From an uncultured Erysipelotrichaceae bacterium (GTDB lineage Bacteria; Bacillota_I; Bacilli_A; RF39; UBA660), in the NCBI GenBank assembly GCA_902794075.1, contig CADBGE010000001.1, positions 342,477 through 400,076 of the forward strand: 57,600 nucleotides of DNA, in the 5' to 3' direction. The notes below the pieces were generated by a model that had not been told where the DNA came from, did not search any database, and worked only from the letters and a program-made list of their open reading frames with translations. A program made the translations under genes and the position numbers. Positions 1 to 9,681 of the stretch are shown one piece after another. The first letter of the stretch is position 1. Each line of letters begins with the position of its first letter.

Positions 1-659
1 GAAACATTTGCACCAGTAACTTTAGTAAGATCTTGTTTCTTTTCAATAAATTCTTCAATGTCTGGATGACGACAATCCATACTAATCATAAGTGCTCCAC
101 GACGTCCTTGTTGAGCAACCTCATTAGTAACATCTGAACATACATCCATGAAACTTGCTGCACCTGTGCTTGTGACTGCTGCATTGTTGACCGCAGCACC
201 TCTTGGACGAAGATTGGAGAGATCATAACCAACTCCTCCACGACGTTTCATAAGTTCCGCCTGGTTAAGACGAGTCATCATGATAGAACTGTATGAATCT
301 TCTGGAGAAGGCAGCACAAAACAGTTTGACAATGATACCGGTTTTTCTGCACCTAATCCTGCCATTACAGAACCTGCAGGAATGACATATTTAAACTTAT
401 CGAATAGTTCAAGAATTCTTTCAGCTGTTAAAGGCTTACGTTTATGATAATGATTTGAGAACTTTTCTTGGTCAAATGGTAAAGAATTCTCATCATAGTG
501 TTTCTCAATTCTTGCAAATTCTTTTGCCATTCGTTTATGCATATCTAAAGGTGTCTGTTCAATAATGTTTCCTTCAGAATCTCTCTTAGCGTATTTGTTC
601 AACCATGTTGAAGCGGCGAGTTCATCACCGTTAAAATAATTCAATAATTCTTCTGTCAT
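1..659 (-). CDS. nrdJ: Class II (adenosylcobalamin-dependent) ribonucleotide reductase, N-terminal part (runs off window start)
   Basis: Not in the ORF track; translated by hand from ATG at 659: MTEELLNYFNGDELAASTWLNKYA...SLSNCFV...ELMKRRGGVGYDLSNLRP...VAQQGRRGALM...HPDIEEFI...VTGANVS. These are typical Bacteroidota-type NrdJ motifs; a thioredoxin lies upstream. Confidence 0.9.
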   Translation of the reverse strand, partial: MTEELLNYFNGDELAASTWLNKYAKRDSEGNIIEQTPLDMHKRMAKEFARIEKHYDENSLPFDQEKFSNHYHKRKPLTAERILELFDKFKYVIPAGSVMAGLGAEKPVSLSNCFVLPSPEDSYSSIMMTRLNQAELMKRRGGVGYDLSNLRPRGAAVNNAAVTSTGAASFMDVCSDVTNEVAQQGRRGALMISMDCRHPDIEEFIEKKQDLTKVTGANV

Positions 660-671
660 ATTATTTATAGT

Positions 672-1547
672 TTATTTAAATATGTTATTAAATAATTGAT
701 GTGTAAACGATATTACTTTATCTTTTATTATATGGAGGTTATTAATTCTTGTAATACAAAATGGAGGTATAGATTCAGTTGTCCAATATGCATTACATTG
801 TTCATCAAATGATGGATCCAGAAAAAACTTTGGTTTATGAACTAATTGTTTAATGTTTATCTTAAGAATAATGTTTTTATCATTGCTTAATATATTCTTA
901 ATATTATTTAACATTTCAGATGATGTTTTTGGTGAAATGAAATATATTCTATTAGGATAATCAAATCTTGAATTTTCAGATCTTGGTTCAAGCCCATATC
1001 TTAATATATTATCAACTCTGTTTTTAGAAGTAATATGATATAATATTCCATTGAATTTATTATATATTATGTCAGAACAATCTGGAGTGTCTATATCCTC
1101 AATTCTTATTCTGTTTCTTGTTAATCCTTTGCTAACATTAGAAACAAATACATTATATTTTTTACATAATTTTATAAATTTGTCATCATCATATTCAAAG
1201 TTTTTTCTAACTTTCAATACGCACACATATTTATTGTTGTCTTGAAATATTTCTGAACTCTTTATATCATATTCATTTTTTATGATATTTAAAAATTGAT
1301 TTAGATTTTCATAAACAATATTATCGTATAAATGATGTTGATATTCATCATAATCAATGTATGAATTATTATTTAAATATGTTGAAGACATAAATTTATA
1401 TGTCTCAAAATCTTCATAAGTTTCAATTAATTCATCAGTTGATAAAGAAAATGTATCTATATCATTATCCAAACAAAAATCTTCAAACAAATAATCATTT
1501 GTTCTTATATTATGTGCTCCATATATATATTCAGTTAACGATTTCAT
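672..1547 (-). CDS. Putative ADP-ribosyltransferase/Tpt1(KptA)-like fold protein with CTS-like N-terminus
   Basis: LYHITS...ILRYGLEP...RIYF...ILKINI...DP...YWTTESIPP pattern of ART-fold proteins; starts MKSLTEYI; paralog at 41211. Confidence 0.55.
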   Translation of the reverse strand: MKSLTEYIYGAHNIRTNDYLFEDFCLDNDIDTFSLSTDELIETYEDFETYKFMSSTYLNNNSYIDYDEYQHHLYDNIVYENLNQFLNIIKNEYDIKSSEIFQDNNKYVCVLKVRKNFEYDDDKFIKLCKKYNVFVSNVSKGLTRNRIRIEDIDTPDCSDIIYNKFNGILYHITSKNRVDNILRYGLEPRSENSRFDYPNRIYFISPKTSSEMLNNIKNILSNDKNIILKINIKQLVHKPKFFLDPSFDEQCNAYWTTESIPPFCITRINNLHIIKDKVISFTHQLFNNIFK

Positions 1548-1807
1548 TAAGACAATTCATCAAAAAATTTATTCAAATCTGTTTCAGTCTTTGTTCCAGT
1601 AAATCTTTTAAGTTCATTATCATTGTCATCTATTACTATAACTGTTGGGATATTTCTAATTCCATATTCAATAGCCAAATCTTCCATATCTTCTTCTATA
1701 TTAATCTTCTTTACTTCAATATTTCGTTCAGATGTAACCTTTTCCAATATTGGTGCTAAAGATTTGCATGGATTACACCAATCTGCATAAAAATCATATA
1801 CTGTCAT
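1547..1807 (-). CDS. trxA: Thioredoxin
   Basis: DFYADWCNPCK active site, YGIRNIPT cis-Pro motif, 86 aa. Confidence 0.92.
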   Translation of the reverse strand: MTVYDFYADWCNPCKSLAPILEKVTSERNIEVKKINIEEDMEDLAIEYGIRNIPTVIVIDDNDNELKRFTGTKTETDLNKFFDELS

Positions 1808-1946
1808 AATCTTGTTTCATATAAATTTTTGTATATATAAAAATCAAAATTAGTATGAACTAAATTATAATTATAATATATAAAAATGCCATTTGTCTAT
1901 TTAATATTTCATTTAACATTTTTAAACATTTTCGTTTTTGTAACAA

Positions 1947-1958
1947 TATTTTTAATTA
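1947..1958 (+). promoter_or_regulatory. Candidate late-promoter motif TATTTTTAATTA
   Basis: Exact 12-mer upstream of the leader-bearing gene at 1999; same 12-mer at 3943, 43203 (+) and 22812, 34772 (-). Confidence 0.45.
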
Positions 1959-1998
1959 TATTTTAAATTACAGTAATGAAATACATAGACATATATTT

Positions 1999-2469
1999 AT
2001 GAAGTCATTGAATACATATCTAAATGAAAAGTTATTAGTGAACAAGAACTTTAAAAGTGTTAATGCAAACGATGCGTTTTATAATGATTTCGGTAGCGTT
2101 TTATCAGCAGATTCTGATATTGGATGGTTTAAGACATACGACATCAAAGACCTCTTGTCAATAAAAATAGCAATTGAAGACGGAAATGCAGTAGATAAGC
2201 TCAAAGAGTTCTTTAATATAGGCAAAGTTAAATACTCAAGAAATGCTACAGAAGATTTTCCAAAAGAACGAGCATTATATTATGATATATTAAAATTCAT
2301 TGCTGACAACAAAGATGATATGAAATTCTTTTATATAAATGAACAAACAACAAATGGAGAATATTTCATATATTTATTTGAAACAGGTAAAATAAAAGTT
2401 GCTGTATGGGGTCATGAAAAAATTGTAGGTACACGTAGAGGAACAATAGTATTTCAATATATTAAATAA
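1999..2469 (+). CDS. CTS-leader protein, cargo family X (unknown)
   Basis: MKSLNTYLNE-KLLVNKNF; shares FYxxF...YFIYLFET...GTIVFQY with 37490, 34238, 30748 and the C-half of 28383. Confidence 0.8.
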   Translation: MKSLNTYLNEKLLVNKNFKSVNANDAFYNDFGSVLSADSDIGWFKTYDIKDLLSIKIAIEDGNAVDKLKEFFNIGKVKYSRNATEDFPKERALYYDILKFIADNKDDMKFFYINEQTTNGEYFIYLFETGKIKVAVWGHEKIVGTRRGTIVFQYIK

Positions 2470-2496
2470 TCTATAATGTAATTTATAACAAAGTTT

Positions 2497-2982
2497 ATGA
2501 AAAATTTGAGTGAATATTTTGCAGAAAAGTTACTAATCAACAAAAATTATAAAAATCCTAAAATAAAAGTATCATCTCTTAGGGAATTAAAAAATATCAT
2601 ACAAGACAGATCTACAGACCCAAGGACAAAAAAATTCAATCATAATATAGACTTAAGTGATATTGATGTTTCAGAACTTGATGATTTATCTGAAACATTC
2701 ATTTGGTATAAATTTAAAACAATAGATATAAGTGGTTGGGATACTTCAAATGTTAAGGTGATGACTCAAATGTTTTATGGATGTGATGAACTTGAAGACA
2801 TTATAGGTATAGAAGATATTGATATTAAAAATGTAGTATACATGGCTTATATGTTTGCTGATTGCCCAAAACTTGACATAACGGATAAGATAAAAGATTG
2901 GGAAATAGATCCAAGTGTTGTTTGGGCCACAAACATGTTTAGAGATTGCCCAACTAAATTTAAGTTTAAGATGAAAAAATAA
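2497..2982 (+). CDS. CTS-leader protein with BspA/DUF285-type leucine-rich repeats
   Basis: MKNLSEYFAE-KLLINKNY; IDVS motif, ISGWDTSNVKVMTQMFYGC repeats. Confidence 0.85.
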   Translation: MKNLSEYFAEKLLINKNYKNPKIKVSSLRELKNIIQDRSTDPRTKKFNHNIDLSDIDVSELDDLSETFIWYKFKTIDISGWDTSNVKVMTQMFYGCDELEDIIGIEDIDIKNVVYMAYMFADCPKLDITDKIKDWEIDPSVVWATNMFRDCPTKFKFKMKK

Positions 2983-3002
2983 AAAATAATCATTAGATAA
3001 TT

Positions 3003-3293
3003 ATGAAATCGATGGAAGAAATTGCTTTACAAAGCAATATAGTAGAAGATCTTGATGCACAATATGATAAGGCAATAGAATTACTTAAAGAAGCAAAGGA
3101 AAACAAACAGCCTATTGATGAAGGATTGTTTGGTGCTATATTTGGTGGATTAGTTGGTGCAACTGCTGGTCCGGCTATTGGCAAAGCTCTTTGTAAGACT
3201 CTCGGATTGGATGAACGAGGCATGCTTGGAAACTTACTTACATCTCGTCTGTTCTTGACAGCACTTGGCGGTTATATGGGATGGAAAAACTAA
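3003..3293 (+). CDS. Small glycine-zipper membrane protein, possibly proteolytically matured virion protein
   Basis: Acidic N-half ending PIDE, then GLFGAIFGGLVGATAGPAIG hydrophobic Gly-zipper. Confidence 0.6.
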   Translation: MKSMEEIALQSNIVEDLDAQYDKAIELLKEAKENKQPIDEGLFGAIFGGLVGATAGPAIGKALCKTLGLDERGMLGNLLTSRLFLTALGGYMGWKN

Positions 3294-3319
3294 TTTGATA
3301 ATAAATAGACATTAGTAGA

Positions 3320-3889
3320 ATGAAGTCATTAAAAAACTACATATCAGAAAAATTGTTAATCAATAAAGATTATAAAGATATTAATAACATTGATGATTTT
3401 CTATCCTCTGAAAAATTAGTTTATATTAAATTTTCAAAGCTAACTTCGACGACATTTCCAAAATTAATTATTGACATTAAAAAAATAAAGCATGTGAACG
3501 ATTACGATATTAATGACACTGAAATTACTATTAGTTATGGAGATGGTATATTGTTTGCAGATGAATTTAATAATTGTGCATTTAGTTTACAAAAAAATAA
3601 TTTATCATTATTAAGATATAATAATGGAAAGACGCGCAATAATTTATTATCATCAATTACGTTACTTATAAATCCATCAGCAAATGATAAAGTAAAATCA
3701 ATGATTACAACAATTCATAACAATGGTAATTATGAAAAAGAATCTAAAGATGCATTAATAGATTTTATAAAATATGTTGTAGAGAATGACAATGACCAAA
3801 ATACTATTATTGATTTTATAGGAGAAAAAATTAATACTAATGAAATATTAGATAAATATTGTTATGAGAGATTAATGTCTAACATATGA
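3320..3889 (+). CDS. CTS-leader protein, unknown cargo
   Basis: MKSLKNYISE-KLLINKDY. Confidence 0.8.
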   Translation: MKSLKNYISEKLLINKDYKDINNIDDFLSSEKLVYIKFSKLTSTTFPKLIIDIKKIKHVNDYDINDTEITISYGDGILFADEFNNCAFSLQKNNLSLLRYNNGKTRNNLLSSITLLINPSANDKVKSMITTIHNNGNYEKESKDALIDFIKYVVENDNDQNTIIDFIGEKINTNEILDKYCYERLMSNI

Positions 3890-3942
3890 TTAACGTATAA
3901 CATATGATTAAATGTCTGATTTGTGAAATAAAGAAACTAATA

Positions 3943-3954
3943 TATTTTTAATTA
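3943..3954 (+). promoter_or_regulatory. Candidate late-promoter motif TATTTTTAATTA
   Basis: Exact 12-mer upstream of the gene at 3988. Confidence 0.45.
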
Positions 3955-3987
3955 TAATTAAAATACAAAAACATAAAAAATATAACG

Positions 3988-5346
3988 ATGAGTATAAAAT
4001 TAATGAAAGACCTGCAATTTGCTGAGAAACTTAACTCAACTCAAGCTATATCTGAGGCAGGTAAGGAAATGCTTAACAACTATCGTGCTTATGTTTATTC
4101 TAATGCACCAACTTGCGCGGTTGTTAATGCTTTTGTAAAAGAGGCGCAACAATATAGTTTTGATGCAGGTGTATCAACAATTTTAGAAAGTGTAAATAAT
4201 TTCATTAACGAAAACAAGATTTCTTGGAAATTGGCTACAGCTTGTGAATCAATTAACAATAACGCTTCAACATTTAATTACATCAATAAGATTGGTGTTC
4301 AGCAAGTTGAGAAACTTCTTGAAATGAATGAGAACGATGTTGTTAGCTATATCAAGGCCGGTTCTTTAAAGAGCTTTCAATATATTCCTGAGTTCCGTCA
4401 GATCTGCAAGGAAGTCTACAAGCAGAACATTACTGAGACTAAGGCACCTAATTTTGTTGTTTCTAATCCTATGAGTTTTGTTCTTGTTAATGAGGACTGT
4501 CAATACATTAATGTACTTGGCAAAACATTTAAGATTGCTGACAATAAGATTGAAGAAGCATCATGTGATGATAAGTTGTTCAATGAAGTAAACGCACTTC
4601 TTGAAGGTTTCAAACGTGATGGTGAGAATCTTGTTGCTGCATTCAATTCTGCGCATGGTGATGTTCTTACATTTACTCTTAATGAGAATGGCCTAGAACT
4701 TACAAACAATCGTGAGACTATCAATGAGAAGTTTGATGATGCTACCAAGTTCATGGAATATGCAAATATGGTTAGCCGCACAATGAATGTCAATGAAAAG
4801 ATGCAGTTCATGACATTAAGCAATAATATTGCTAAAGTTCTTGAGAACATGGATAATATCGTTCTTCTTGATTGTGTAAAGGTTCTTGAAAGTAGTGACG
4901 GTACAATTTGCGCAATTAGTGAAGCAGCTGATAATGTAAATCTAACAGTATTCCGTTCATATAAGTATGGTACTTCAACAAAGAACTTTGATTTTGTTGC
5001 AGAGGCACTTAATAATGTAGTTAAGTTAACTGGTATTGATCTTACTTCAATGTACGAAGATCGTATTAACGAAGACTGTAAGAAACGTAATCCAGAAGCT
5101 GAACAGATTCGTGAACAACTTGAAGCAAACAAGGAGGCACAGTTCAATATCCGTCGCAAGAAAATTGCAATGCTTGCTGAACAATATAAGAATGATCCTG
5201 TTCGTTTAGCACTTTTGAATAAAGTAGCAAAGGATCTTAAGATGCTTGAAGGTAAAAAAGATGAAGTTTGCCCAAAATGTGGTAAAAAGAAATGCGAATG
5301 CAAAGACTGTAAAGATTGCAAGGACTGTAAAGATTGCAAAGACTAA
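3988..5346 (+). CDS. Putative prohead core/head-associated protein with Cys-rich C-terminal tail
   Basis: 452 aa with many [ILV]-x-E sites (ISE, ILE, INE, LLE, ITE); ends CPKCGKKKCEC-(KDC)4-KD. Function is inferred. Confidence 0.55.
   Translation: MSIKLMKDLQFAEKLNSTQAISEAGKEMLNNYRAYVYSNAPTCAVVNAFVKEAQQYSFDAGVSTILESVNNFINENKISWKLATACESINNNASTFNYINKIGVQQVEKLLEMNENDVVSYIKAGSLKSFQYIPEFRQICKEVYKQNITETKAPNFVVSNPMSFVLVNEDCQYINVLGKTFKIADNKIEEASCDDKLFNEVNALLEGFKRDGENLVAAFNSAHGDVLTFTLNENGLELTNNRETINEKFDDATKFMEYANMVSRTMNVNEKMQFMTLSNNIAKVLENMDNIVLLDCVKVLESSDGTICAISEAADNVNLTVFRSYKYGTSTKNFDFVAEALNNVVKLTGIDLTSMYEDRINEDCKKRNPEAEQIREQLEANKEAQFNIRRKKIAMLAEQYKNDPVRLALLNKVAKDLKMLEGKKDEVCPKCGKKKCECKDCKDCKDCKDCKD
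5299..5343 (+). repeat. 5 x 9-bp coding tandem repeat (CKD)5
   Basis: tgcaaagac tgtaaagat tgcaaggac tgtaaagat tgcaaagac. Confidence 0.9.
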
Positions 5347-5370
5347 TGAAAAGATTATATATACATATAT

Positions 5371-5397
5371 AAAGAGCAGCCTTAAGGCTGCTCTTTT
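5371..5397. terminator. Bidirectional intrinsic terminator
   Basis: Perfect palindrome aaagagcagcctt/aaggctgctcttt between convergent genes. Confidence 0.85.
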
Positions 5398-5431
5398 GTT
5401 TTGATAATTATACTTTTTTTAGAAATAATAT

Positions 5432-6199
5432 TTAATTTGTCATTTCAAAATCTTTTGCTTTATGCATTATGTCTCTCATTTTTGAAATATATTCTTTTTG
5501 ATGTCTTTCTATGCGGTTGTCAATTTCTTCAATTTTGTTTTTATCTATATTCTTATTTTTATTCTTTTCTATGTCATCATCATTAATATCTTTTGTTTTT
5601 ATATAATTACATATGAACCATGCATCTGCAATATCGTCAATTTTTGGCATATTAGATAATTCAATATATATGTTTTTAAATATGTTTATCATTGCATCCT
5701 TTGAGCAGTTTCCAATTCCTGTAGCAAATTTCTTTACTTCTGTTGGTGGTAAAATGAATATGTTATTCTTATTTGAAAAATTATTTATAAGATGATACCT
5801 TATTAAATAATTCAATCCTGCAAGTTCATATATAGATCTTGTCCTAACTGAAGAACCATAACTAAGTCCTTCCATTGCTACATATATGTTGTTGTGCATA
5901 ACATTATTATGTGACGCAAATGTGTTTATGATATTTATGACTTGTTCACATATATGAATAAGATTTAAAGTTTTCTTTCTTTCAAGTTCATGAGAATCTT
6001 CAGAGTCTGAAATCTTTTCATATATTATATAATTAATTAAATCACTATGATCGTTTTCAAACTTCTGTTCTTTTTTGGTTAACTTATTTGGCTTTATAAT
6101 ATAAAACATTTCTTTTAACAGTTTACTGTCTATATACAATGCCAACGAAATTCCTGTACTATTTATACTTGGATCTATTCCTACATACAATTCATTCAT
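5432..6199 (-). CDS. ruvC: RuvC-like Holliday junction resolvase
   Basis: YVGIDPSINSTG, AMEGLSYG, PTEVKKFATGIGNCSKDAM, DDIADA catalytic motifs. Confidence 0.85.
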   Translation of the reverse strand: MNELYVGIDPSINSTGISLALYIDSKLLKEMFYIIKPNKLTKKEQKFENDHSDLINYIIYEKISDSEDSHELERKKTLNLIHICEQVINIINTFASHNNVMHNNIYVAMEGLSYGSSVRTRSIYELAGLNYLIRYHLINNFSNKNNIFILPPTEVKKFATGIGNCSKDAMINIFKNIYIELSNMPKIDDIADAWFICNYIKTKDINDDDIEKNKNKNIDKNKIEEIDNRIERHQKEYISKMRDIMHKAKDFEMTN

Positions 6200-6222
6200 T
6201 TAAATGTTAAACATACATATAT

Positions 6223-6579
6223 TTATTCTGTAAGAAGATTTTCTCCTTCCACTGTCATACCATATAAAAATGTCCACCATTCTGCAGAATTACGAGATTC
6301 TTCAGGTCCAGTTTGATATATGTTCTTATAAATTTCTGTCAATTCATCAATCCACTTGTCATGCTGCTCTTTTGTCCAGTGATATTCATACATCCACCTT
6401 TCATTTGTTTTGCATTCATTGAGTATTTCGTCAGCAGTCATTTTCTTTTTTGTAAACTTGAACATGTTTACAACAAGTGAATAATTTAAACTTGGAGTAT
6501 CAAAAAGATAATATAGATCATTTTCAGTCAATTCCTTTTCCTTAAGATACTTCATTGTGTAAATCTTATATTCTTTCAT
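6223..6579 (-). CDS. Hypothetical protein
   Basis: 118-aa ORF in operon context. Confidence 0.7.
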   Translation of the reverse strand: MKEYKIYTMKYLKEKELTENDLYYLFDTPSLNYSLVVNMFKFTKKKMTADEILNECKTNERWMYEYHWTKEQHDKWIDELTEIYKNIYQTGPEESRNSAEWWTFLYGMTVEGENLLTE

Positions 6580-6597
6580 AATTGTTATATATAATAA

Positions 6598-8487
6598 TTA
6601 GTTATAAAATTTCATTCTTTCTTTCATTTCATCAGAATACTGTTCTTCTGTTGACATATATAAATCTTTAAATGCACCGTCAAGTATAAATGTAGTACAA
6701 TAATCATTTTCAGATCTATTTCCTCGACCAATTCCTTGAATAATCATATTTGAAGTCTTTGACTTATACCACTCAGGAAATAGTTTCATTTTTTCTTTAA
6801 CAAGAAGATTACCAAGACTTGGATATGGAACTTTTATAATTATTATAAAACGACAACCTTCATCAGGCAAATCAATTCCTTCACTAAGACTTGGACCAAT
6901 TAATATACTATTATTTCTTATTTTATGTTCATTAATAAGTTTTCTTTTTTCTCCACTATCATTATATAATAGCATCCTTTCTTTTAGTGAAGCTGGTGCA
7001 GCATTATATAATATTTTTGCGTTTTCATAACTTCCTGTCTGAATTAGTCCTTTACTATCAGTAAAATTCTTTTCAAGTATCTTATATGTTATATCTATTA
7101 TTTTTGGAAAGACAGCAGATTTTGTCTTATATGACATTTTAAACTTGTTATAAATATATATAGGAGATCTTGAAAAATCAAATGTTGAAGGAACTCGTAC
7201 AAAATTTGATGTACCGTCATTATTCATTCCAGTGTATCTTATACCTATATTTTCCTCAAAACTTGATAGAAGTCCAACTGTCGCAGAAGTCATCACATGA
7301 TATGGCTGATGAGACAATATAAATCTATAGCACATATAATCTTCCTTAATACAATTCATTACAACAGTTACATGCGAATCTTTATTTGAAATATTTATCT
7401 GCTTAATCAAATATTCGGATCCTGCTTCTGTAATTGCAGTCCAAAAATCTCCAAAGAAGCACATATAATTATGCAACCAAGAACATAACTTAAATTTTTC
7501 TACTTCTTCCTTACTTATTGGTAAATTAGATCTTTTCTTTTCTGCAATTTCATCTTCATATGAATCACATATTGATTTAAATAATGTCAATATATTTGTG
7601 TATTCCTGTAATAATTCATAATCAATATCTCTAGAATTTGTCTCAAAATTCATACGAGTCCATATTTCCATTAACTTATCATGGAGAACTATTTTTTCCT
7701 TAAATTTATTATATACATTTTCAGACGGTTCTTCGTCATCATTGTCATTAAAAATGTCAGAAAATAAATTTATTTCCCTATTATACATTTTATCATATAT
7801 TTCCTCAACTCTTTCAATGTCTTTCATTGTTATGCAGGCAGAGTATTGGTTTTGTACAATGTCAGGAATATTATGACATTCATCACAAAAAATAATATGT
7901 CGTGTAGTCCAAGATGATCGTTTACTTTGATTACTATTAACAACATTCATTAAATACATAAACAATTGATATGTCATTAATGTGACTTTTGCTTCAACTG
8001 CTTTTTTACGACGTTCAACATATTCACATGTGCAAGCACATTTATATCCATTTTTTATTGCGGATACTCTATTGAATAATTTTGGCCAATCAATTTTTGC
8101 TATTCTACAATCAGCATTACGAATGTCATTGCCGTTGATGTCACACATATAATTTCCTGTCTGACCTCTAATTGCTCCAAAATTCATTTTTGTATGTTTG
8201 TCAATAAACTTCTCATATTGTTCAAGAAGATATAAATCTGAAACTAATATATATGATTCTTTATTATAATAGTCAGCAAGAACACCCGCAGACACAATAT
8301 TAATTATTGACTTTCCCGAACCTGTTGGTGCTTCTATAATCTGATTATGTTCCTTATCATTTACTATATTATATATAATATCTACTATTCTTTCCTTTTG
8401 AAATATTCTAAACTTAAATTTTTCACTTATTTTTTCCTTAACCCAATTTTCAACATTATTTTCTATTTCGCTTTTACTTATCATCAT
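6598..8487 (-). CDS. DinG/XPD-family superfamily 2 helicase
   Basis: APTGSGKS (Walker A), DECH, TSAT, SEGIDLP, QGIGRGNR, Cys cluster. Start moved from 8526 to ATG 8487 because a promoter occupies 8510-8539. Confidence 0.88.
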   Translation of the reverse strand: MMISKSEIENNVENWVKEKISEKFKFRIFQKERIVDIIYNIVNDKEHNQIIEAPTGSGKSIINIVSAGVLADYYNKESYILVSDLYLLEQYEKFIDKHTKMNFGAIRGQTGNYMCDINGNDIRNADCRIAKIDWPKLFNRVSAIKNGYKCACTCEYVERRKKAVEAKVTLMTYQLFMYLMNVVNSNQSKRSSWTTRHIIFCDECHNIPDIVQNQYSACITMKDIERVEEIYDKMYNREINLFSDIFNDNDDEEPSENVYNKFKEKIVLHDKLMEIWTRMNFETNSRDIDYELLQEYTNILTLFKSICDSYEDEIAEKKRSNLPISKEEVEKFKLCSWLHNYMCFFGDFWTAITEAGSEYLIKQINISNKDSHVTVVMNCIKEDYMCYRFILSHQPYHVMTSATVGLLSSFEENIGIRYTGMNNDGTSNFVRVPSTFDFSRSPIYIYNKFKMSYKTKSAVFPKIIDITYKILEKNFTDSKGLIQTGSYENAKILYNAAPASLKERMLLYNDSGEKRKLINEHKIRNNSILIGPSLSEGIDLPDEGCRFIIIIKVPYPSLGNLLVKEKMKLFPEWYKSKTSNMIIQGIGRGNRSENDYCTTFILDGAFKDLYMSTEEQYSDEMKERMKFYN

Positions 8488-8509
8488 AAAACTTACATTT
8501 ATATTATAT

Positions 8510-8539
8510 AATATATAAAAGTCCATACAAATCTTTCAA
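8510..8539 (-). promoter_or_regulatory. Sigma70-like promoter TTGAAA-N18-TATATT
   Basis: Variant of the recurring TTGAAT-N17/18-TATWTT motif; the -35 box lies in the loop of inverted repeat 8518-8556. Confidence 0.5.
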
Positions 8540-8631
8540 TAATTCATGTGGACTTTATCTTTGTGAAAAATGTTAAAAAGTTTTAAAATATTTTAAAGTA
8601 TAATATGTATCTTAGAACATCTTAGACTATA

Positions 8632-8717
8632 TCTAGATCATCATCTAATGACTTTTTATAATCATTTTAATAAATTATATAGTTGCCATTTTTGAGGATA
8701 ATAGATGATGATCTAGA
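8632..8717. repeat. Perfect 16-bp inverted repeat with 54-bp spacer
   Basis: TCTAGATCATCATCTA (8632-8647) / TAGATGATGATCTAGA (8702-8717), intergenic. Confidence 0.9.
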
Positions 8718-8724
8718 ATGATTT

Positions 8725-9474
8725 TTAGCATTCATCAAGTATGATTTGAGAATCACCATTATAATTGTTTCCAGAATTTTGTTGAGGGATAACTGTTGAT
8801 GATGTATCAGTTTCATTTATTATCTTATTTTTATTTACTGGCATAACATAATCTTCATCCATATATCTATCAGGAAACTCAAAGTCAAAGTTTGAATATT
8901 TAAACTCAATCTTAAATGACGATTGTGTAGTTACTGGTTGTGTATAATCAAAAGATATCATATCCATACCATTTATGATAGGATCATAAACAATTATTTT
9001 ACAGAATATTTCTCCTATTTCATCAAAAAGTTCTACATTAAACTGTCGAACCATATCCTTATAGTACATGTCACGAGCATATATGTACCAAAAATTCTCA
9101 AATAATATTATATAATTTAAGAAACCCAATGTATGGCGAAATTCTACATTAAGTGTCTTATCAACAAGTTCAAGTGGCGATACTTCAGACCTGTATGCAT
9201 AATCTGAATGCGTATGTAAGAAATCGTTTTCCCTAATTCTTTCAGGATTTATGATAGGTTCTCCTCTACCTGTCTGACGCTGCATAAGTGCGGCATTTTG
9301 AAAACCAAGAACATCAACTCGCTGAATAGTTTCATTTATGAAATCTATTGGTCTTGTAAAGAAGCCACGCTTGTTCTTTAAAATCCTTGTGTATTTTTCT
9401 TCTACTTCAGGATGAATAAATTCCTTTGGAAACAGAATTCTTGCACCATTATTTTTACCATTAAGAGCTATCAT
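8725..9474 (-). CDS. Tail-tube-fold protein, T4 gp3 (tail tube terminator)-like
   Basis: LNVEF...NYIILFE...FNVELFD...IIVYDPIINGMDMISFDYTQ...FKIEFKYSNF resembles the T4 gp3/gp19/gp54 pattern; same strand as gp2 and gp4. Confidence 0.55.
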   Translation of the reverse strand: MIALNGKNNGARILFPKEFIHPEVEEKYTRILKNKRGFFTRPIDFINETIQRVDVLGFQNAALMQRQTGRGEPIINPERIRENDFLHTHSDYAYRSEVSPLELVDKTLNVEFRHTLGFLNYIILFENFWYIYARDMYYKDMVRQFNVELFDEIGEIFCKIIVYDPIINGMDMISFDYTQPVTTQSSFKIEFKYSNFDFEFPDRYMDEDYVMPVNKNKIINETDTSSTVIPQQNSGNNYNGDSQIILDEC

Positions 9475-9494
9475 GTTTAATATATATTAATTAT

Positions 9495-9671
9495 TTATAC
9501 TATCGTGCATCTAATGCATTGTACTTTGTTTGTTGGAATAATCAACTTCTTGTTTGTTTCTTTGTCAACTCTATATATATGAGAACGAGACTGAATTTCA
9601 TTGACTTCATCTTCAGAAAGTTCTCGTGTATTTATTCTCTTTCCATTATAATATAAATTATATCCTACCAT
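9495..9671 (-). CDS. Small hypothetical protein (58 aa)
   Basis: Not in the track: MVGYNLYYNGKRINTRELSEDEVNEIQ...VQCIRCTIV*; fills the gap in the operon. Confidence 0.65.
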   Translation of the reverse strand: MVGYNLYYNGKRINTRELSEDEVNEIQSRSHIYRVDKETNKKLIIPTNKVQCIRCTIV

Positions 9672-9681
9672 AATGTTTTAT

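Noticed and set aside
4500-5339. 279-aa antisense ORF (and other antisense or overlapping ORFs such as 2993-3223, 16726-17322, 10862-11335, 35252-35698)
   Set aside because: Shadows of well-supported genes on the opposite strand or in another frame, with no recognisable motifs.
5432-6199. Cas12/TnpB-type RuvC nuclease
   Set aside because: Compact, contiguous resolvase-type RuvC with no zinc finger, no guide-RNA region and no array.
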